Below, in pieces: positions 20,970 to 32,270 of a stretch of 64,000 nt of DNA. A model generated the notes under the pieces. The model was given only the letters and a program-made list of their open reading frames with translations, had not been told where the DNA came from and ran no database searches. Origin of the DNA: an uncultured Gemmatimonadaceae bacterium (GTDB taxonomy: Bacteria > Gemmatimonadota > Gemmatimonadetes > Gemmatimonadales > Gemmatimonadaceae); the NCBI GenBank assembly GCA_963781585.1, contig CAWAGQ010000004.1, positions 672,001-736,000 on the forward strand, given 5' to 3'. The translations under genes and the position numbers were made by a program. Positions within the stretch are counted from its first letter, which is position 1; every line of letters starts with the position of its first letter.

Positions 20970-22664
20970 CTAGAAGAACACCGGCTCGCGGTAGGCGCCG
21001 AACACCTCCTCCATGGCGTGCCGGATCTCGAACAGCGTGGCGTAGGCGCGCGCGCAGTCGAGGATCAGGGGCACCAGATTGGCATCGGTGCGGGCCGCGT
21101 CGCGCAACGCGTCGAGCCGACGCCTGACGAGCGCCGCGTCGCGGGAGGCGCGCAGGGCCGCCAGCCGCTCGCGCTGTTCGCGGTCCACGCTGTCGGCCAC
21201 GCGCAGGACCGGAATCGTGAGCTCGTCCTCCCCGGTCGCGAATGCGTTGACGCCGACAACCAGGCGCCGGTGCTGCTCGACTTCCCACTGCTGGCGGGCC
21301 GCCGATTCGGCGATCCGTCGTTGAAACCACCCCTGCTCGATTCCCCGCACCACACCGCCGATGGCCTCGATCTCCTGGAACATCCCCTCGGCCTCCCGCT
21401 CGAGGCGGTCGGTGAGCGCCTCCAGGTAGTATGAACCGCCCAGCGGATCGATCACATTGGGGACTCCGCTCTCGAAGGCGAGGACCTGCTGCGTGCGCAA
21501 TGCCACCTGCGCCGCGGCCTCGGTCGGGAGGGCGAGGGTCTCGTCCATGGAGTTCGTGTGCAGTGACTGGGTCCCGCCCAGCACCGCCGCCAGCGCCTGA
21601 TAGGCCACCCGCACCACGTTGTTCATGGGCTGCTGCGCGGTGAGCGTGACACCGGCCGTCTGCGAGTGGAAGCGCAGGGACCACGACCGCGGGTCGCGCG
21701 CGCCGAAGTCCTCGCGAAGGTGACGCGCCCAGATGCGCCGAGCCGCGCGCAGCTTGGCAATCTCCTCGAAGAAGTCGTTGTGGATGTCGAAGAAGAACGA
21801 GAGGCGCGGCGCGAACAGGTCGACGTCGAGCCCGCGCGCCCGGCCGCGCTCCACGTAGGTGAATCCGTTGGCCAGCGTGAATGCGAGCTCCTGCGCCGCG
21901 GTGGCCCCGGCCTCGCGGATGTGGTAGCCGGAAATGGAGATGGTATTCCATTTCGGCGCGTGCGCCGCGCCCCACTCGAACAGGTCCTCGATCAGGCGCA
22001 GCGCCGGCTCGATGGGATAGCACCAGGCGTGCTGCGCCATGTACTCCTTGAGAATGTCGTTCTGCACCGTGCCGCGGAGCGCCTCCGGTGCGACGCCCTG
22101 TTTCTCCGCCGCCGCGACGTACATGCAGAACAGGATCACGGCCGGGCCGTTGATGGTCATCGACGTCGACACACGGTCGAGCGGAATGCCGTCGAACAGG
22201 ATCTCCATGTCGGCGAGACTCGAGATCGCCACCCCGGTCTTTCCCACTTCGCCCTCCGACCGCGGATGGTCGGAGTCGTAGCCCATCAGCGTCGGGAAAT
22301 CGAACGCTGTGGAGAGGCCGGTCTGTCCCTGCTCGAGCAGGAACTTGAACCGCTGGTTGGTATCGCGTGCGCTCCCGAATCCGGCGAACTGCCGCATGGT
22401 CCACAGCCGGCCGCGGTAGCCGGTGGGGTGGATGCCGCGGGTGAACGGATACGTCCCGGGAACGGGCAGCTGCGCCGGATCGCGCTCCGCGCCGTCGAGC
22501 GCCGTGTAGAGGGGATCGACCTCGCCCCCGGAATTCGCGAAGGCGATTTCGCGCTTTTCCGCGCGGTCGTATAGGGCCTGCCACCGGGCCACCTCGTCCC
22601 GAAGGCGCTCGATGTGAGCCCGCTGCTCGCGCACGGCATCCGACAATTCGCGTAGTGACGTCAT
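20970..22664 (-). CDS. B12-dependent acyl-CoA mutase large subunit (isobutyryl-CoA mutase-like)
   Basis: [47 protein letters not shown]. Confidence 0.93.
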   Translation of the reverse strand: MTSLRELSDAVREQRAHIERLRDEVARWQALYDRAEKREIAFANSGGEVDPLYTALDGAERDPAQLPVPGTYPFTRGIHPTGYRGRLWTMRQFAGFGSARDTNQRFKFLLEQGQTGLSTAFDFPTLMGYDSDHPRSEGEVGKTGVAISSLADMEILFDGIPLDRVSTSMTINGPAVILFCMYVAAAEKQGVAPEALRGTVQNDILKEYMAQHAWCYPIEPALRLIEDLFEWGAAHAPKWNTISISGYHIREAGATAAQELAFTLANGFTYVERGRARGLDVDLFAPRLSFFFDIHNDFFEEIAKLRAARRIWARHLREDFGARDPRSWSLRFHSQTAGVTLTAQQPMNNVVRVAYQALAAVLGGTQSLHTNSMDETLALPTEAAAQVALRTQQVLAFESGVPNVIDPLGGSYYLEALTDRLEREAEGMFQEIEAIGGVVRGIEQGWFQRRIAESAARQQWEVEQHRRLVVGVNAFATGEDELTIPVLRVADSVDREQRERLAALRASRDAALVRRRLDALRDAARTDANLVPLILDCARAYATLFEIRHAMEEVFGAYREPVFF

Positions 22665-23752
22665 GGCTCAGTCCGCGCGATAACGTGAGCGCCCCGAGCG
22701 AGAAGCTCGTCGGCGATTCCGAACGGCGACAGTTCACCCGACTCGATGCGGGGGAGCATCTGGTCGATGAACGCCTGGACCGCGGCGTCGCCCCAGAGGC
22801 GTCGGCGCAACCGGTACTCGGCGACATCCACGATCTGTTCCCGCAGCCGCCGGTGACGTCGCCGCCTCAGGTCGCCGCTGTGCTCAAGATAACGCACATG
22901 GCGGTCGAGCGCGGCGATCATCTCGTCGATTCCCTCCCCGCGAACCGCGACCGTCTTGATCACCGGCGGAACCCACACATCGCCTGCCTCGCGAGCAGCG
23001 TCTTCGCGGGCGGCACGTCCCGGATTCAACACCGGCGCGAACTCGACGCCGTGGTGCGCCGGCGCGCCCTGGAGCGCGTGGCCGCGCCGAAGGCCGAGCA
23101 TCAGCTCCAGATCGTTGCGCACCCGGTCGGCTCCCGGCCGGTCGGCCTTGTTCACGATGAACAGGTCGGCGATTTCCATGAGCCCGGCTTTGAGGGTCTG
23201 AATCGAATCGCCCGACTCCGGCACCAGAATGACCACGGTGGAGTCGCAGACCCCCGCGATCTCGAGCTCGCTCTGCCCCACCCCGACTGTCTCCATGAGG
23301 ACGCGGTCGAAGCCATAGGCATCCAGTACGTCGGCGACTGCGCGCATGGCGCCGGAGATGCCGCCGAGCGAACCGCGGGTGGCGAGGGACCGGATGTACA
23401 CGCCGGGGTCGAGCGCCACCGCCTCCATGCGGATGCGGTCGCCCAGCAGCGCACCGCCGGTGAACGGCGAGGTGGGATCGACCGCGATGACGCCGACGGT
23501 GAGTCCTGCCTGACGATAGGCGGCGACGAGGCGGCTGGTGATGGTGCTCTTGCCGGCGCCGGGAGGGCCGGTGAGACCGATTCGTCTGGCGCGTCCCAGC
23601 CGGCCGTGCAGGCTGCCCAGCAACTCCTCGAAGCCCGGCCGCTGGTTCTCGACCAGACTGACCGCCCGGGCCAGCGCGGCCGGCTTGCGGGCGTCGAAAT
23701 CGGCGAGCAGGCGCGCCAGCGCACTGGAGCGATCTGCTGAGGTGGTCGTCAT
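22661..23752 (-). CDS. meaB: Mutase-associated GTPase MeaB
   Basis: [41 protein letters not shown]. Confidence 0.96.
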   Translation of the reverse strand: MTTTSADRSSALARLLADFDARKPAALARAVSLVENQRPGFEELLGSLHGRLGRARRIGLTGPPGAGKSTITSRLVAAYRQAGLTVGVIAVDPTSPFTGGALLGDRIRMEAVALDPGVYIRSLATRGSLGGISGAMRAVADVLDAYGFDRVLMETVGVGQSELEIAGVCDSTVVILVPESGDSIQTLKAGLMEIADLFIVNKADRPGADRVRNDLELMLGLRRGHALQGAPAHHGVEFAPVLNPGRAAREDAAREAGDVWVPPVIKTVAVRGEGIDEMIAALDRHVRYLEHSGDLRRRRHRRLREQIVDVAEYRLRRRLWGDAAVQAFIDQMLPRIESGELSPFGIADELLARGAHVIARTEP

Positions 23753-23797
23753 CGTGAACCGCCGTTTCTCGGCCCGAGGCGGCGCCTCATCGATTGC

Positions 23798-24784
23798 TCA
23801 CGGGTGCGCCGCACGGACGGTGCTTCGGACCCCCGGCTCGTCGTGCTCGTCGCGGATATCGCCGACGAGTTCTTCGAGCAGGTCCTCGAGCGTGACGATG
23901 CCAAGGGTCGAGCCGGCGTCGTCGCGCACGACCGCCAGGTGTTTCCGATCCCGGAGCATCGCGAAGAGCAGTTCCTTGCAGGATGCCGAAGGCCGCGCGA
24001 ACGCGACCGGCCGAAGCTCCGGCCACGCGCCATTGGAATGTTTGAGGATGTCGAAGACGTGTACCATGCCCACGATCTGGTCGATCGACCCCCGGCAGAC
24101 GGGAACGCGACTGTATTCGGCGCGCGCGACGAGCGCCGCGAGCTGGGCGGGGGCGACGCTCCGGTCCACGACAAACACGTCGGCGCGGGGCGTCATCACG
24201 TCCCCCGCCCGTTTCTCGCCGAACTGCAGCACGCCGCTGATGATGGCGAATTCGGTCGCGGCGCCGATTCCCTCGAGTTCGCCTTCGCGCATCAGCTCCT
24301 CGAGGGCCTCGTCGCCGGTTTGCGGGCGTCGCAGCTGATCGTGGGCGCGTTCACCGGTCAGACCACGGACCACGCGCAGCGCCGGCGACAGGAGCAACTC
24401 CACCACGCGCAGCGGCGGCAGCAGCGCGGGAACAAGCGCGGTCGCCCAGCGGCGCGCGATCGCGCGCGGGACGAGCTGGCCCGCTACCAGGAGCGCCACC
24501 GCATAGGCGATTGCCGTGGGCAACACGACGAGCGGCACGCTCCGGATGCTGGTTCCGATGTCGACACCGGCGGCGAAGACCGTGAGCGAGACGGCGGTGG
24601 TGGCCGCGAGAAGCATGCGGTGCGGGCGGTCGAGATACAGCGCCGCGGTGCCCGAGCCCCGCAGTTGCTGCTCCACCCAGTGCCGGAGCCAGATGCGACT
24701 TACCGAGCGGACGGCCGTGGCGGCGGCCGTGAGCCAGGCGACGACTGCGATCGAGGCCAGCAGCATCGTGCTCCACAGGATCAT
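23798..24784 (-). CDS. CNNM/hemolysin-family CBS-domain membrane protein
   Basis: N-terminal TM region, VMTPR, YSRVPV, GIVTLEDLLEELVGDIRDEHD. Confidence 0.88.
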   Translation of the reverse strand: MILWSTMLLASIAVVAWLTAAATAVRSVSRIWLRHWVEQQLRGSGTAALYLDRPHRMLLAATTAVSLTVFAAGVDIGTSIRSVPLVVLPTAIAYAVALLVAGQLVPRAIARRWATALVPALLPPLRVVELLLSPALRVVRGLTGERAHDQLRRPQTGDEALEELMREGELEGIGAATEFAIISGVLQFGEKRAGDVMTPRADVFVVDRSVAPAQLAALVARAEYSRVPVCRGSIDQIVGMVHVFDILKHSNGAWPELRPVAFARPSASCKELLFAMLRDRKHLAVVRDDAGSTLGIVTLEDLLEELVGDIRDEHDEPGVRSTVRAAHP

Positions 24785-26019
24785 GCGGCGTGCTCCGCGT
24801 CGAGTGCCGTGCGTTCGAAGTAGACCCGGCGCACGCGCCGCCGGTCCACGCGTTCGACCACGACGCGGAATCCGTCGAGCACGAATTCCTCGCCCGATCT
24901 TGGCACGCGTCCGAGGCGCTCATACACCAGGCCGCCCACGGTCGACACGTCGTCCCGGTGGAAGTCGTGGCCCAGCAGTTCCGACAGTTCCGTGAGCGTA
25001 AGCCTCGCCGACACCCAGAATCGCCGCCCTTCCTCCTGGACGACGGAGGCCTCCTCCTCGTCGTACTCGTCACGGATGTCGCCGACGATCTCCTCCAGCA
25101 CGTCTTCGATGGTGATGAGGCCGGCGGTGCCGCCGAACTCGTCGACCACGATCGCCATGTGGGTTCGGCTTGCCTGAAAGTCGCGGAGCTGGACATCGGC
25201 CTTCTTGGCGCCTGGAATGAAGACCGCGGGCCGCACCAGGGCGGGCCAACCGCCCGCCGGTGGCTCGTCGCTCACCACCGTGGGCAGCAGGTCCTTGGCG
25301 TAGAGGACGCCGACGATGTTGTCGATGGTGTCGCTGTACACCGGAAGTCTGGCGTGCTCGGAGCTGCGGACGCGGTCGACGACTTCCGACCAGGGCGCTT
25401 CGCGATCGATGGCGATGACGTCCACTCGCGGGACCATGACATCGTGGACGTCGGTCTGGGCGAGACGAAAGACGCCGTTGAGCAACACGGCCTCGTCTTT
25501 CGAGACGTCTGCTTCGGCGGCCACCACGGCCTTGAACTGTTCGGCGGTTGCTTCGCGTTCCTCCTCGGCGCGCTCGGGCGGCGGGAGCAGGAGGTGCAAT
25601 CCGCGGTCGATGATCTCGCCGAGCACGACGACGGGAGCGAGGAGATTCTCGAGCGCGCGGATGAACGGCAACAGACGCTCGGCGGCGGGCGCGCCAATGG
25701 TGTCGCCGGCGCTCCGCGCGACGCTCTCGGCGAGTCCGACCAGCAGGACCGCGGCGGCGATGGTGGTTGCCATCCACGCGACAGTGGAACGGGTCCACGA
25801 TGCGGCGACGACGGCGGTACCGATTCCGGCGCCGAGGTGCCCCAGCACGCGGGCGAAGGCGAGCGCGCGGTGCGCGCGTTCGCGGCGGGCGTGCAGGGCG
25901 ACCAGCGGCGGCGAGAGCGCGTCGTCGGGGTCCAGGGAGAGCATCGCGCCGTCGGCGGCCGCGCAGAGGGCCGCCAGCGCCGCGGCGGCGAGGGCGAACA
26001 GCATGGCGGCCACGCTCAC
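24781..26019 (-). CDS. CNNM/hemolysin-family CBS + CorC-domain protein
   Basis: VMVPR, HARLPVY, VDEFGGTAGLITIEDVLEEIVG, STVGGLV. Confidence 0.9.
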   Translation of the reverse strand: MSVAAMLFALAAAALAALCAAADGAMLSLDPDDALSPPLVALHARRERAHRALAFARVLGHLGAGIGTAVVAASWTRSTVAWMATTIAAAVLLVGLAESVARSAGDTIGAPAAERLLPFIRALENLLAPVVVLGEIIDRGLHLLLPPPERAEEEREATAEQFKAVVAAEADVSKDEAVLLNGVFRLAQTDVHDVMVPRVDVIAIDREAPWSEVVDRVRSSEHARLPVYSDTIDNIVGVLYAKDLLPTVVSDEPPAGGWPALVRPAVFIPGAKKADVQLRDFQASRTHMAIVVDEFGGTAGLITIEDVLEEIVGDIRDEYDEEEASVVQEEGRRFWVSARLTLTELSELLGHDFHRDDVSTVGGLVYERLGRVPRSGEEFVLDGFRVVVERVDRRRVRRVYFERTALDAEHAA

Positions 26020-26483
26020 AGGAGGCCCTCCCGTTGGGCCAGATGCAACAGCCGCTCCTGGCGCCGCCACATGGGCGAGCGCTCGCGGCGCCCGTTCTCC
26101 GGGTGGCGCATGCCTAACGCGTGGAGGATGCCGTGGATGACCACGCGGGCCAGTTCCTCGCGAACCGGGAGACCGAGGCGCCGGGCCTGGGTCCGCACCA
26201 CATCGGGCGACACGTAGATGTCGCCGACCACCGGCGCCGCGGAACCGGCGCGTCCGAGCGCGAAGGTGATGACATCGGTGGGGCCCTGATGGCCGAGATG
26301 GCGGCGGTTCATCGCGGCAATGCGGCGGCGGGACACGAACGCCAGCGACAGCAGCGCCTGCCGCTGGCCCTGGCGGTGCAGGACGGACTCCCCGAGGGCG
26401 CGCAACCGCCGCGCGCCCAGGGCCGGACGAAAGCCGCCCAGGTCGATGTCGATCGCCAGGTCAGGCGTTGAAGTCTTCCGCAT
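26016..26483 (-). CDS. ybeY: rRNA maturation endoribonuclease YbeY
   Basis: [24 protein letters not shown]; downstream of phoH. Confidence 0.92.
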   Translation of the reverse strand: MRKTSTPDLAIDIDLGGFRPALGARRLRALGESVLHRQGQRQALLSLAFVSRRRIAAMNRRHLGHQGPTDVITFALGRAGSAAPVVGDIYVSPDVVRTQARRLGLPVREELARVVIHGILHALGMRHPENGRRERSPMWRRQERLLHLAQREGLL

Positions 26484-27408
26484 ATGCCTTGATGATGTCG
26501 CGCACCAGGCGATGCCGGACGACATCGATTTCCGAGAGGTAGTGGAATGCGATGCCATCGATGCCCGACAGGATCCGCTCGATCTGGATGAGCCCCGACT
26601 CCTCCCGCCGTGGGAGGTCGATCTGCGTCTTGTCGCCGGTGATCACGGTGCGCGAATTCACCCCGAGCCGCGTGAGGAACATCTTCATCTGCGCGCTGGT
26701 CGCGTTCTGGGCTTCGTCGAGAATGACGAACGCGTCACTCAGCGTGCGACCGCGCATGTAGGCGAGGGGCGCGATCTCGAGCACCCGCGACTCGAGGGCG
26801 CGCTGCATCCGCTCGGCCGGCATCATGTCCTCGAGCGCATCGTAGAGCGGCCGCAGGTACGGGTCCACCTTGGCCTGCATGTCACCAGGCAGGAATCCGA
26901 GACTCTCACCCGCTTCCACCGCGGGCCGCGCGAGAATGATCCGGCGCACCCGCTTCCGCATCAGCGCGTCCACGGCGGCGGCGACGGCGAGATACGTCTT
27001 GCCGGTGCCGGCCGGACCGATGCCGACCACGATGTCGTTGTCGAGAATCAGACGAAGGTACTCCGCCTGGCCCGGCGTCCGCGGCTGGATGATGCGGCGC
27101 ACTCCCGGCAGCACGATCCGCTCGCCGGCGTCGGCCGTGTCCCGCGAGGTGTCGAGACTCATCCGGAGCACGTCATCCGCGTCGAGCGTGAGGCGCTGCC
27201 GTGCGGCATCGATCATGCGCTGGGCAATGGCGGTGGCGCGTTCCACCGATTCGGGCGCTCCGGCGACGCTCAGCGTGTCGCCGCGGAGGGCGATGCGCGC
27301 GCCGGTTTGTCGCGCCAGCTCGATCAGATTCGCGTCATTCACGCCGGCGAGGACGAGCAGGTCCGCACCTTCCGCGTTGAGCCGCTGGGTCGGGGAGTCG
27401 TCAGGCAC
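26461..27408 (-). CDS. phoH: PhoH-family ATPase
   Basis: [37 protein letters not shown]. Confidence 0.96.
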   Translation of the reverse strand: MPDDSPTQRLNAEGADLLVLAGVNDANLIELARQTGARIALRGDTLSVAGAPESVERATAIAQRMIDAARQRLTLDADDVLRMSLDTSRDTADAGERIVLPGVRRIIQPRTPGQAEYLRLILDNDIVVGIGPAGTGKTYLAVAAAVDALMRKRVRRIILARPAVEAGESLGFLPGDMQAKVDPYLRPLYDALEDMMPAERMQRALESRVLEIAPLAYMRGRTLSDAFVILDEAQNATSAQMKMFLTRLGVNSRTVITGDKTQIDLPRREESGLIQIERILSGIDGIAFHYLSEIDVVRHRLVRDIIKAYAEDFNA

Positions 27409-27421
27409 GAGGGGTGCGCGC

Positions 27422-29200
27422 CTACCGCCGCCGCAGGTGGAGCGCGGCCAGATCAGCCTCGGTCACCGGACTGGGCGCGTCCTCGAACAGGGCGCGCGCG
27501 GCCGTGGTCTTGGGAAAGGCGATCACGTCGCGCAGCGAGCCGCTTCCCGACAGGAGCATCACGGTGCGGTCGAACCCGACGGCGAACCCGCCATGCGGCG
27601 GCGCACCGGCAGCCAGTGCCTGGAGCAGAAAACCGAACCGCTCCGACGCCTCCTGCTCGCTCATCCCGAGGTGGGTGAAGACGCGGCGCTGTATCGCGGG
27701 ATCGGTGATCCGGATGGAGCCCGACCCGAGCTCATTGCCGTTGTAGACCGCGTCGTAATGCAGCGCCCGGCACGAGAAGGGCGCGCTGTCCAGACGATCG
27801 CTGTCATCCGGATGGGGCGAGGTGAACGGGTGATGTGCAAACACCGGCCGGCCGGTCCCGGGATCGGGCTCGAAGAGCGGAAAGTCGACGACCCACAGAA
27901 ACGCGTGCCGGCTCTCCGGTTTCACTGCAGTTCGCCTGATCACCTCCTGTCGCACGCGATCGAGCACCGGAGACGTCACGCGATCGGGTCCGACTGCCAT
28001 CAAGGCGGCGTCGCCGTCGCCGACACCGAGATTGTCGAGCGTGTCGGTGGTGAAGAACTTCCCCAGCGAGCCCGACACCTGGCCCGCCTGGCGCTTGACC
28101 CACGCCAGTCCGGACGCGCCGTGCAGTTTGGCGGTTTCGGCAAGCTGGTCGAGGTCCTTTCTCGACAGCGACGCCCCGGCGGCCACCGCGAGCCCGCGCA
28201 CCCGCGATCCGTCCGACAGCGCCGATTCGAAGAACGGAACGCCGAGCGGACGGACGGGGCTCGTCCAGTCGGCGATCGGCAACGCGTACCGCAGGTCCGG
28301 CTTGTCGGTGCCGTAGCGTTCCATGGCGTCGCGCCACGCGAGACGCGGGAACGGGGTCGCCACGTCATGGCCCGCAGCTTTCCACAGTGCGACGAGCAGC
28401 GCCTCCACGAATCCGAGCACGTCCTCCTGCTGCACGAACGACGCCTCGAGATCGATCTGCGTGAACTCCGGCTGCCGGTCGTTGCGGAGATCCTCGTCGC
28501 GGAAGCATCGCGCGATCTGAAAGTAGCGGTCGAAGCCCGACACCATGAGCAGCTGCTTGTAGATCTGCGGCGATTGTGGAAGGGCGTAGAACTCGCCGGC
28601 ATGGACGCGAGACGGGACGAGATAGTCGCGCGCGCCTTCCGGAGTGGGCTTGGTCAGAATCGGAGTCTCGATTTCGAAGAATCCCTGTTCGCTCAGATTG
28701 CGCCGTGCCGCCTGCATGAGTCGGTGGCGCAGCAGCAGGTTGTCTCGCAGCTCGGGACGCCGCAGATCGAGGTGCCGGTAGCGGAGGCGGAGTTCTTCGG
28801 CGGGCAGGTTCTCGCCTTTCGCGCGCGCCACCGGGATGGCGGGAGTGACCGCGGGACCCACCACGCGGGCGGTGCGAGCCCGAACCTCGATGTCACCGGT
28901 TTCCAACTCGGGATTGCGTCCTTCCGGCGGGCGCGGCGCGACCGTGCCCTCGACCAGGATGACGTCTTCGCTGGACAATTGCTCCGCCACGCGGAGGGCG
29001 TCTTCGGTCGCGCTGCCGGGCGCGAATGAAACCTGGACGATGCCGGCGCGGTCCCGCAGGTCGATGAACAGGAGTCCGCCGAGGTTGCGCACGCGATGCA
29101 CCCAGCCGCCGAGCCGCACGTTCACCCCCTGGTGTTCGAGGCGCAGAACGCCACACAGGTGCGTGCGTAAGCTGGTTGCTCGTGGTAACACGTCCGTCAC
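27422..29200 (-). CDS. aspS: Aspartate--tRNA ligase
   Basis: [47 protein letters not shown]. Confidence 0.97.
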   Translation of the reverse strand: MTDVLPRATSLRTHLCGVLRLEHQGVNVRLGGWVHRVRNLGGLLFIDLRDRAGIVQVSFAPGSATEDALRVAEQLSSEDVILVEGTVAPRPPEGRNPELETGDIEVRARTARVVGPAVTPAIPVARAKGENLPAEELRLRYRHLDLRRPELRDNLLLRHRLMQAARRNLSEQGFFEIETPILTKPTPEGARDYLVPSRVHAGEFYALPQSPQIYKQLLMVSGFDRYFQIARCFRDEDLRNDRQPEFTQIDLEASFVQQEDVLGFVEALLVALWKAAGHDVATPFPRLAWRDAMERYGTDKPDLRYALPIADWTSPVRPLGVPFFESALSDGSRVRGLAVAAGASLSRKDLDQLAETAKLHGASGLAWVKRQAGQVSGSLGKFFTTDTLDNLGVGDGDAALMAVGPDRVTSPVLDRVRQEVIRRTAVKPESRHAFLWVVDFPLFEPDPGTGRPVFAHHPFTSPHPDDSDRLDSAPFSCRALHYDAVYNGNELGSGSIRITDPAIQRRVFTHLGMSEQEASERFGFLLQALAAGAPPHGGFAVGFDRTVMLLSGSGSLRDVIAFPKTTAARALFEDAPSPVTEADLAALHLRRR

Positions 29201-29371
29201 GCGGTCGAGGCTCCGAGCGGGCAAATCTCCCGGTCCGCGACGCGACCCGACCCTCTCATCCTCATGTGCGGCAAAGATCGCTCGCGGGTGCCAAGCGCAA
29301 TGGTGGCGATGGTCGAGGCATTGGTGCCTTGGCAATCTAAGGGACAGGGACGTGGGCGGGTAGCGATGTCG

Positions 29372-29400
29372 TTGACCGCACCTGGTCTGATGCATAAGCT
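29372..29400 (+). promoter_or_regulatory. Sigma70-type promoter, probably giving a leaderless mRNA
   Basis: TTGACC-N17-TAAGCT; ATG 7 nt after the -10 element, no SD. Confidence 0.6.
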
Positions 29401-29407
29401 TAAGTCA

Positions 29408-30313
29408 ATGCGCCACAATGGGTTTTGGGCAGCGCTTCTTGCACTTTCGCCGCTACTGGTCTCGGCGCAGCAGATCCCCGGACGGGATCTGTTCGAGTTT
29501 CCCCTGGGCTCGCTGGCGGAGGGACGGGCTCTGGCGCTCGCGACCGGCGATGGTCTGCGGAACCCGGCATCCATTGGATTGCCGACAGGCGTGCGCGCCC
29601 GATTCTCGGTCTCGTCGCTCACCAGTGGGACGGATGAGGGGGTGGCTGGACAGATCCTGTCGGTCGCGGTGCCGGTTCGGAATCAGGTCACGGCCGGCGT
29701 GTCCGTGGCCCGGGCTGCGGTGAGCGGGATCGGACTCACGCAGGACGATCCCCAGTCAGTGGGCAGCGATCTGCCCTACAGCGTATTCGTGCTGTCGGCA
29801 CTCGCGGCGCGTCGCTCGTCTCCCAACGTCACAACCGGAGTGGCACTCCGCTACCAGTACGGGGAGCTGGATACGGAGCACCGGACTGCGCTCGGGGTCG
29901 ACGCTGGCGTGGTTGTGGAGCACATCCTCACGGTCGACGGCCGGCTTGGTCTGTCGAGCTTTCTCTGGCGTCCCGGGACCGGGAGTGGCGATGGCGCGGC
30001 GTTTTCCGGAGCGTTCGACGCGAGGATTGCGGGGCGTGATTCGCTGGCGCAACTGCGCGCCGGCTATTCGTACAACGACTCGCCCGGACTGGACCGGGAG
30101 CATTACGCGTTCGCGTCGGCGCGCGTGGGACGATGGGAGGCGCGCGGCGGGCTCGCGCGGACCCTGGTGGCGGGGCACTACACGTCGCGGATGCGTTTTG
30201 CGATCGACCTGCACTACGCGCGCTACCTGGTGGGTGTGGCGCGCGACGAGAGTCCGGCGGGGCTGACGGCGATCTATCATTTCACGTTCGTGACGTCGGT
30301 GCCCTCGCCATGA
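29408..30313 (+). CDS. Outer-membrane beta-barrel protein (FadL/PorV-like pattern)
   Basis: Signal peptide, N-terminal ARG/NPA-type plug motif (GRALAL...NPA), alternating beta strands. Confidence 0.6.
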   Translation: MRHNGFWAALLALSPLLVSAQQIPGRDLFEFPLGSLAEGRALALATGDGLRNPASIGLPTGVRARFSVSSLTSGTDEGVAGQILSVAVPVRNQVTAGVSVARAAVSGIGLTQDDPQSVGSDLPYSVFVLSALAARRSSPNVTTGVALRYQYGELDTEHRTALGVDAGVVVEHILTVDGRLGLSSFLWRPGTGSGDGAAFSGAFDARIAGRDSLAQLRAGYSYNDSPGLDREHYAFASARVGRWEARGGLARTLVAGHYTSRMRFAIDLHYARYLVGVARDESPAGLTAIYHFTFVTSVPSP

Positions 30314-31386
30314 CAATCAATCTGCTCGATCTGCTGCCTGACGAGGCCGAGCAGGCGGTGGCCGCGTTCGCTCGCGAGCAGGGCGAACCCACGTATCGCG
30401 GGCGCCAGGTGGTCGGGCACCTGTGGCAGCGCCCGGCGGCGTCGTTCGAGGCGATGAGCGATCTGCCGCGCGCATTCCGCGACGGCCTCACTGCGCGCTT
30501 CACCGTCCCCCGCCTCGCGCTCGAGGTGCGGCAGACGTCGCTCGACGGGACCGAGAAGTTTCTGTTCCGGCTGCACGACGGCCAGGCGATCGAGACGGTG
30601 GCGATCCCCGACCGCGGACGCCTCACGCTCTGCATCTCGTCGCAGGCCGGGTGCGCCCTCCAGTGCGCCTTCTGCGCGACCGGCGCGATGGGGTTTGCGC
30701 GGAATCTGCAGCCGTTCGAAATCGCCGGGCAGGTGCGGGAGATGGCGCTGCTCGATCCACCCCTGCGGCCCACCAACGTGGTGTTCATGGGGATGGGGGA
30801 GCCGCTGATGAACTGGCCTGCGGTGGAACGGGCGCTCGAGCTGCTCAATCATCCCAAGGGGCTCGAGATCGGGGCCCGCCATATCACCGTGTCGACCGTG
30901 GGTGTGCTGCCCGGCATCGAAGCGTTAGGCGCGCGCCCGGAGCAGTTCCGGCTGGCGATCTCGGTGCATGCTCCCACCGACGCGTTGCGCCGGTCGCTGA
31001 TGCCGATCAACCTGAAGTATCCGCTGGCGTCGGTGATCGAAGCCGCAAAGTGCTTCGCGCGGCGCGTGACCTTCGAGTACGTGATGCTGCGGGGCGTGAA
31101 CGACAGCGCCCAGTCGGCCGATACGCTGGGCGCGCTGGCGCGGGAGTGCGGCGCGTTCGTGAACCTCATTCCGCTGCACCCTGGCGGCGCCGGACCGTTC
31201 TCTCCCACGGCGGCCGCGGATATCCGGCGGTTCGCTGGACGCCTGCGTGCCGCAGGCGTCCGCGTGGCGGTGCGAAAGAGCCGGGGCCTGGACATCGCGG
31301 CCGCCTGCGGTCAGCTACGGGTGGAACGGCTGCGACGGCGGCCGCCAGTCGGTGCCGAGGAGCACCGTGACATCCAGGTAGCGTGA
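30310..31386 (+). CDS. rlmN: Dual-specificity RNA methyltransferase RlmN (radical SAM)
   Basis: CISSQAGCALQCAFC, MGMGEP, DIAAACGQL. Confidence 0.96.
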   Translation: MTINLLDLLPDEAEQAVAAFAREQGEPTYRGRQVVGHLWQRPAASFEAMSDLPRAFRDGLTARFTVPRLALEVRQTSLDGTEKFLFRLHDGQAIETVAIPDRGRLTLCISSQAGCALQCAFCATGAMGFARNLQPFEIAGQVREMALLDPPLRPTNVVFMGMGEPLMNWPAVERALELLNHPKGLEIGARHITVSTVGVLPGIEALGARPEQFRLAISVHAPTDALRRSLMPINLKYPLASVIEAAKCFARRVTFEYVMLRGVNDSAQSADTLGALARECGAFVNLIPLHPGGAGPFSPTAAADIRRFAGRLRAAGVRVAVRKSRGLDIAAACGQLRVERLRRRPPVGAEEHRDIQVA

Positions 31387-31746
31387 GGAATCGGGGCTCA
31401 GTTCCACGCGCCCGCCGCCGAGCGCCCGCACGACGAGCCGGGCCCAGTTGGGATTGCCGGATCGATCGAGCACCACTGTGCTGTCGCGCCGTCCGGTATC
31501 GTTGGCATACCGCACCACGTCGAACCCGGCATCGCGCAGTGCAAAAGTGGCGCGTCGCGCCAGGCCGCGCACGCCGCTGGCGTTCAGGACCTCGACCTTG
31601 ATCCGGACGCCGGCGGGTGCCACGGATTGACGGGATGCGGCCGGTCGTCCCGCGCCGTCGTGACGCAGCCAGAACAGAAGACTGATCGCCGCGATCGCGA
31701 TCAGCAGGGCCCCGGTGGCTGCGCGCCTCAGAGGAGGCAGTTCCAC
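31315..31746 (-). CDS. LytR C-terminal domain membrane protein
   Basis: TM helix, then VEVLNASGVRGLA...AGF...DVTVLLGTD. Confidence 0.85.
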   Translation of the reverse strand: MELPPLRRAATGALLIAIAAISLLFWLRHDGAGRPAASRQSVAPAGVRIKVEVLNASGVRGLARRATFALRDAGFDVVRYANDTGRRDSTVVLDRSGNPNWARLVVRALGGGRVELSPDSSRYLDVTVLLGTDWRPPSQPFHP

Positions 31747-32270
31747 AGCGCCACTGTCCCCGGGAACACGGGCTTCCCTTCCCGAATGGTCCACTCGAGC
31801 CGCATGCGGACGACCTGCGCGAAGACGCCGTCGAAATCGCCTGGCACCCGCTGCGCCAGGAACGCGCGGTCGCGGCGCATGAACGGACGCCCGGGCTCGA
31901 GAAAATCGGCCATGAAGAGCGCCCGGCCGGCACGAGCCCAATCCGGATTGCCGAGCGTATGCCACCGGACGGCCTCGAGGACGGCGTCGCGATCCTCACC
32001 TCCGGCAGCGAGGCGGGCCGCGGCGGCCGGACCGTGCAGCACGGAGAGCGGAAGCGAATCGTCCGGCGCCCAGCGGCGCAACTCGGCTTCGGGGGCGTCG
32101 CGCATTGCGTCGTGCCACGCGCCGGCGTCGTGCCAGGCGCGGGCCTCGCCGGCCGGCAGGTGGAGCGTCTCCCCCCACGCGTCGAGCAAACCGACTACGC
32201 GGGCGACGTGACTGCGGCGCTTCTCCGTCATCTGTGCCCAGTCCGGAAACTCCACCGCCGGAACCGTCAT
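31728..32270 (-). CDS. HD-domain hydrolase, YqeK-like (Ap4A hydrolase)
   Basis: H...WHD...LHG...WHTLG...ADFLEPGR. Confidence 0.82.
   Translation of the reverse strand: MTVPAVEFPDWAQMTEKRRSHVARVVGLLDAWGETLHLPAGEARAWHDAGAWHDAMRDAPEAELRRWAPDDSLPLSVLHGPAAAARLAAGGEDRDAVLEAVRWHTLGNPDWARAGRALFMADFLEPGRPFMRRDRAFLAQRVPGDFDGVFAQVVRMRLEWTIREGKPVFPGTVALWNCLL

Noticed and set aside
20350..22664. Similar N-termini of the mutase ([11 protein letters not shown]) and the carboxyltransferase ([12 protein letters not shown]) as docking helices
   Set aside because: Too short, and typical of generic amphipathic helices; cannot be distinguished from chance.
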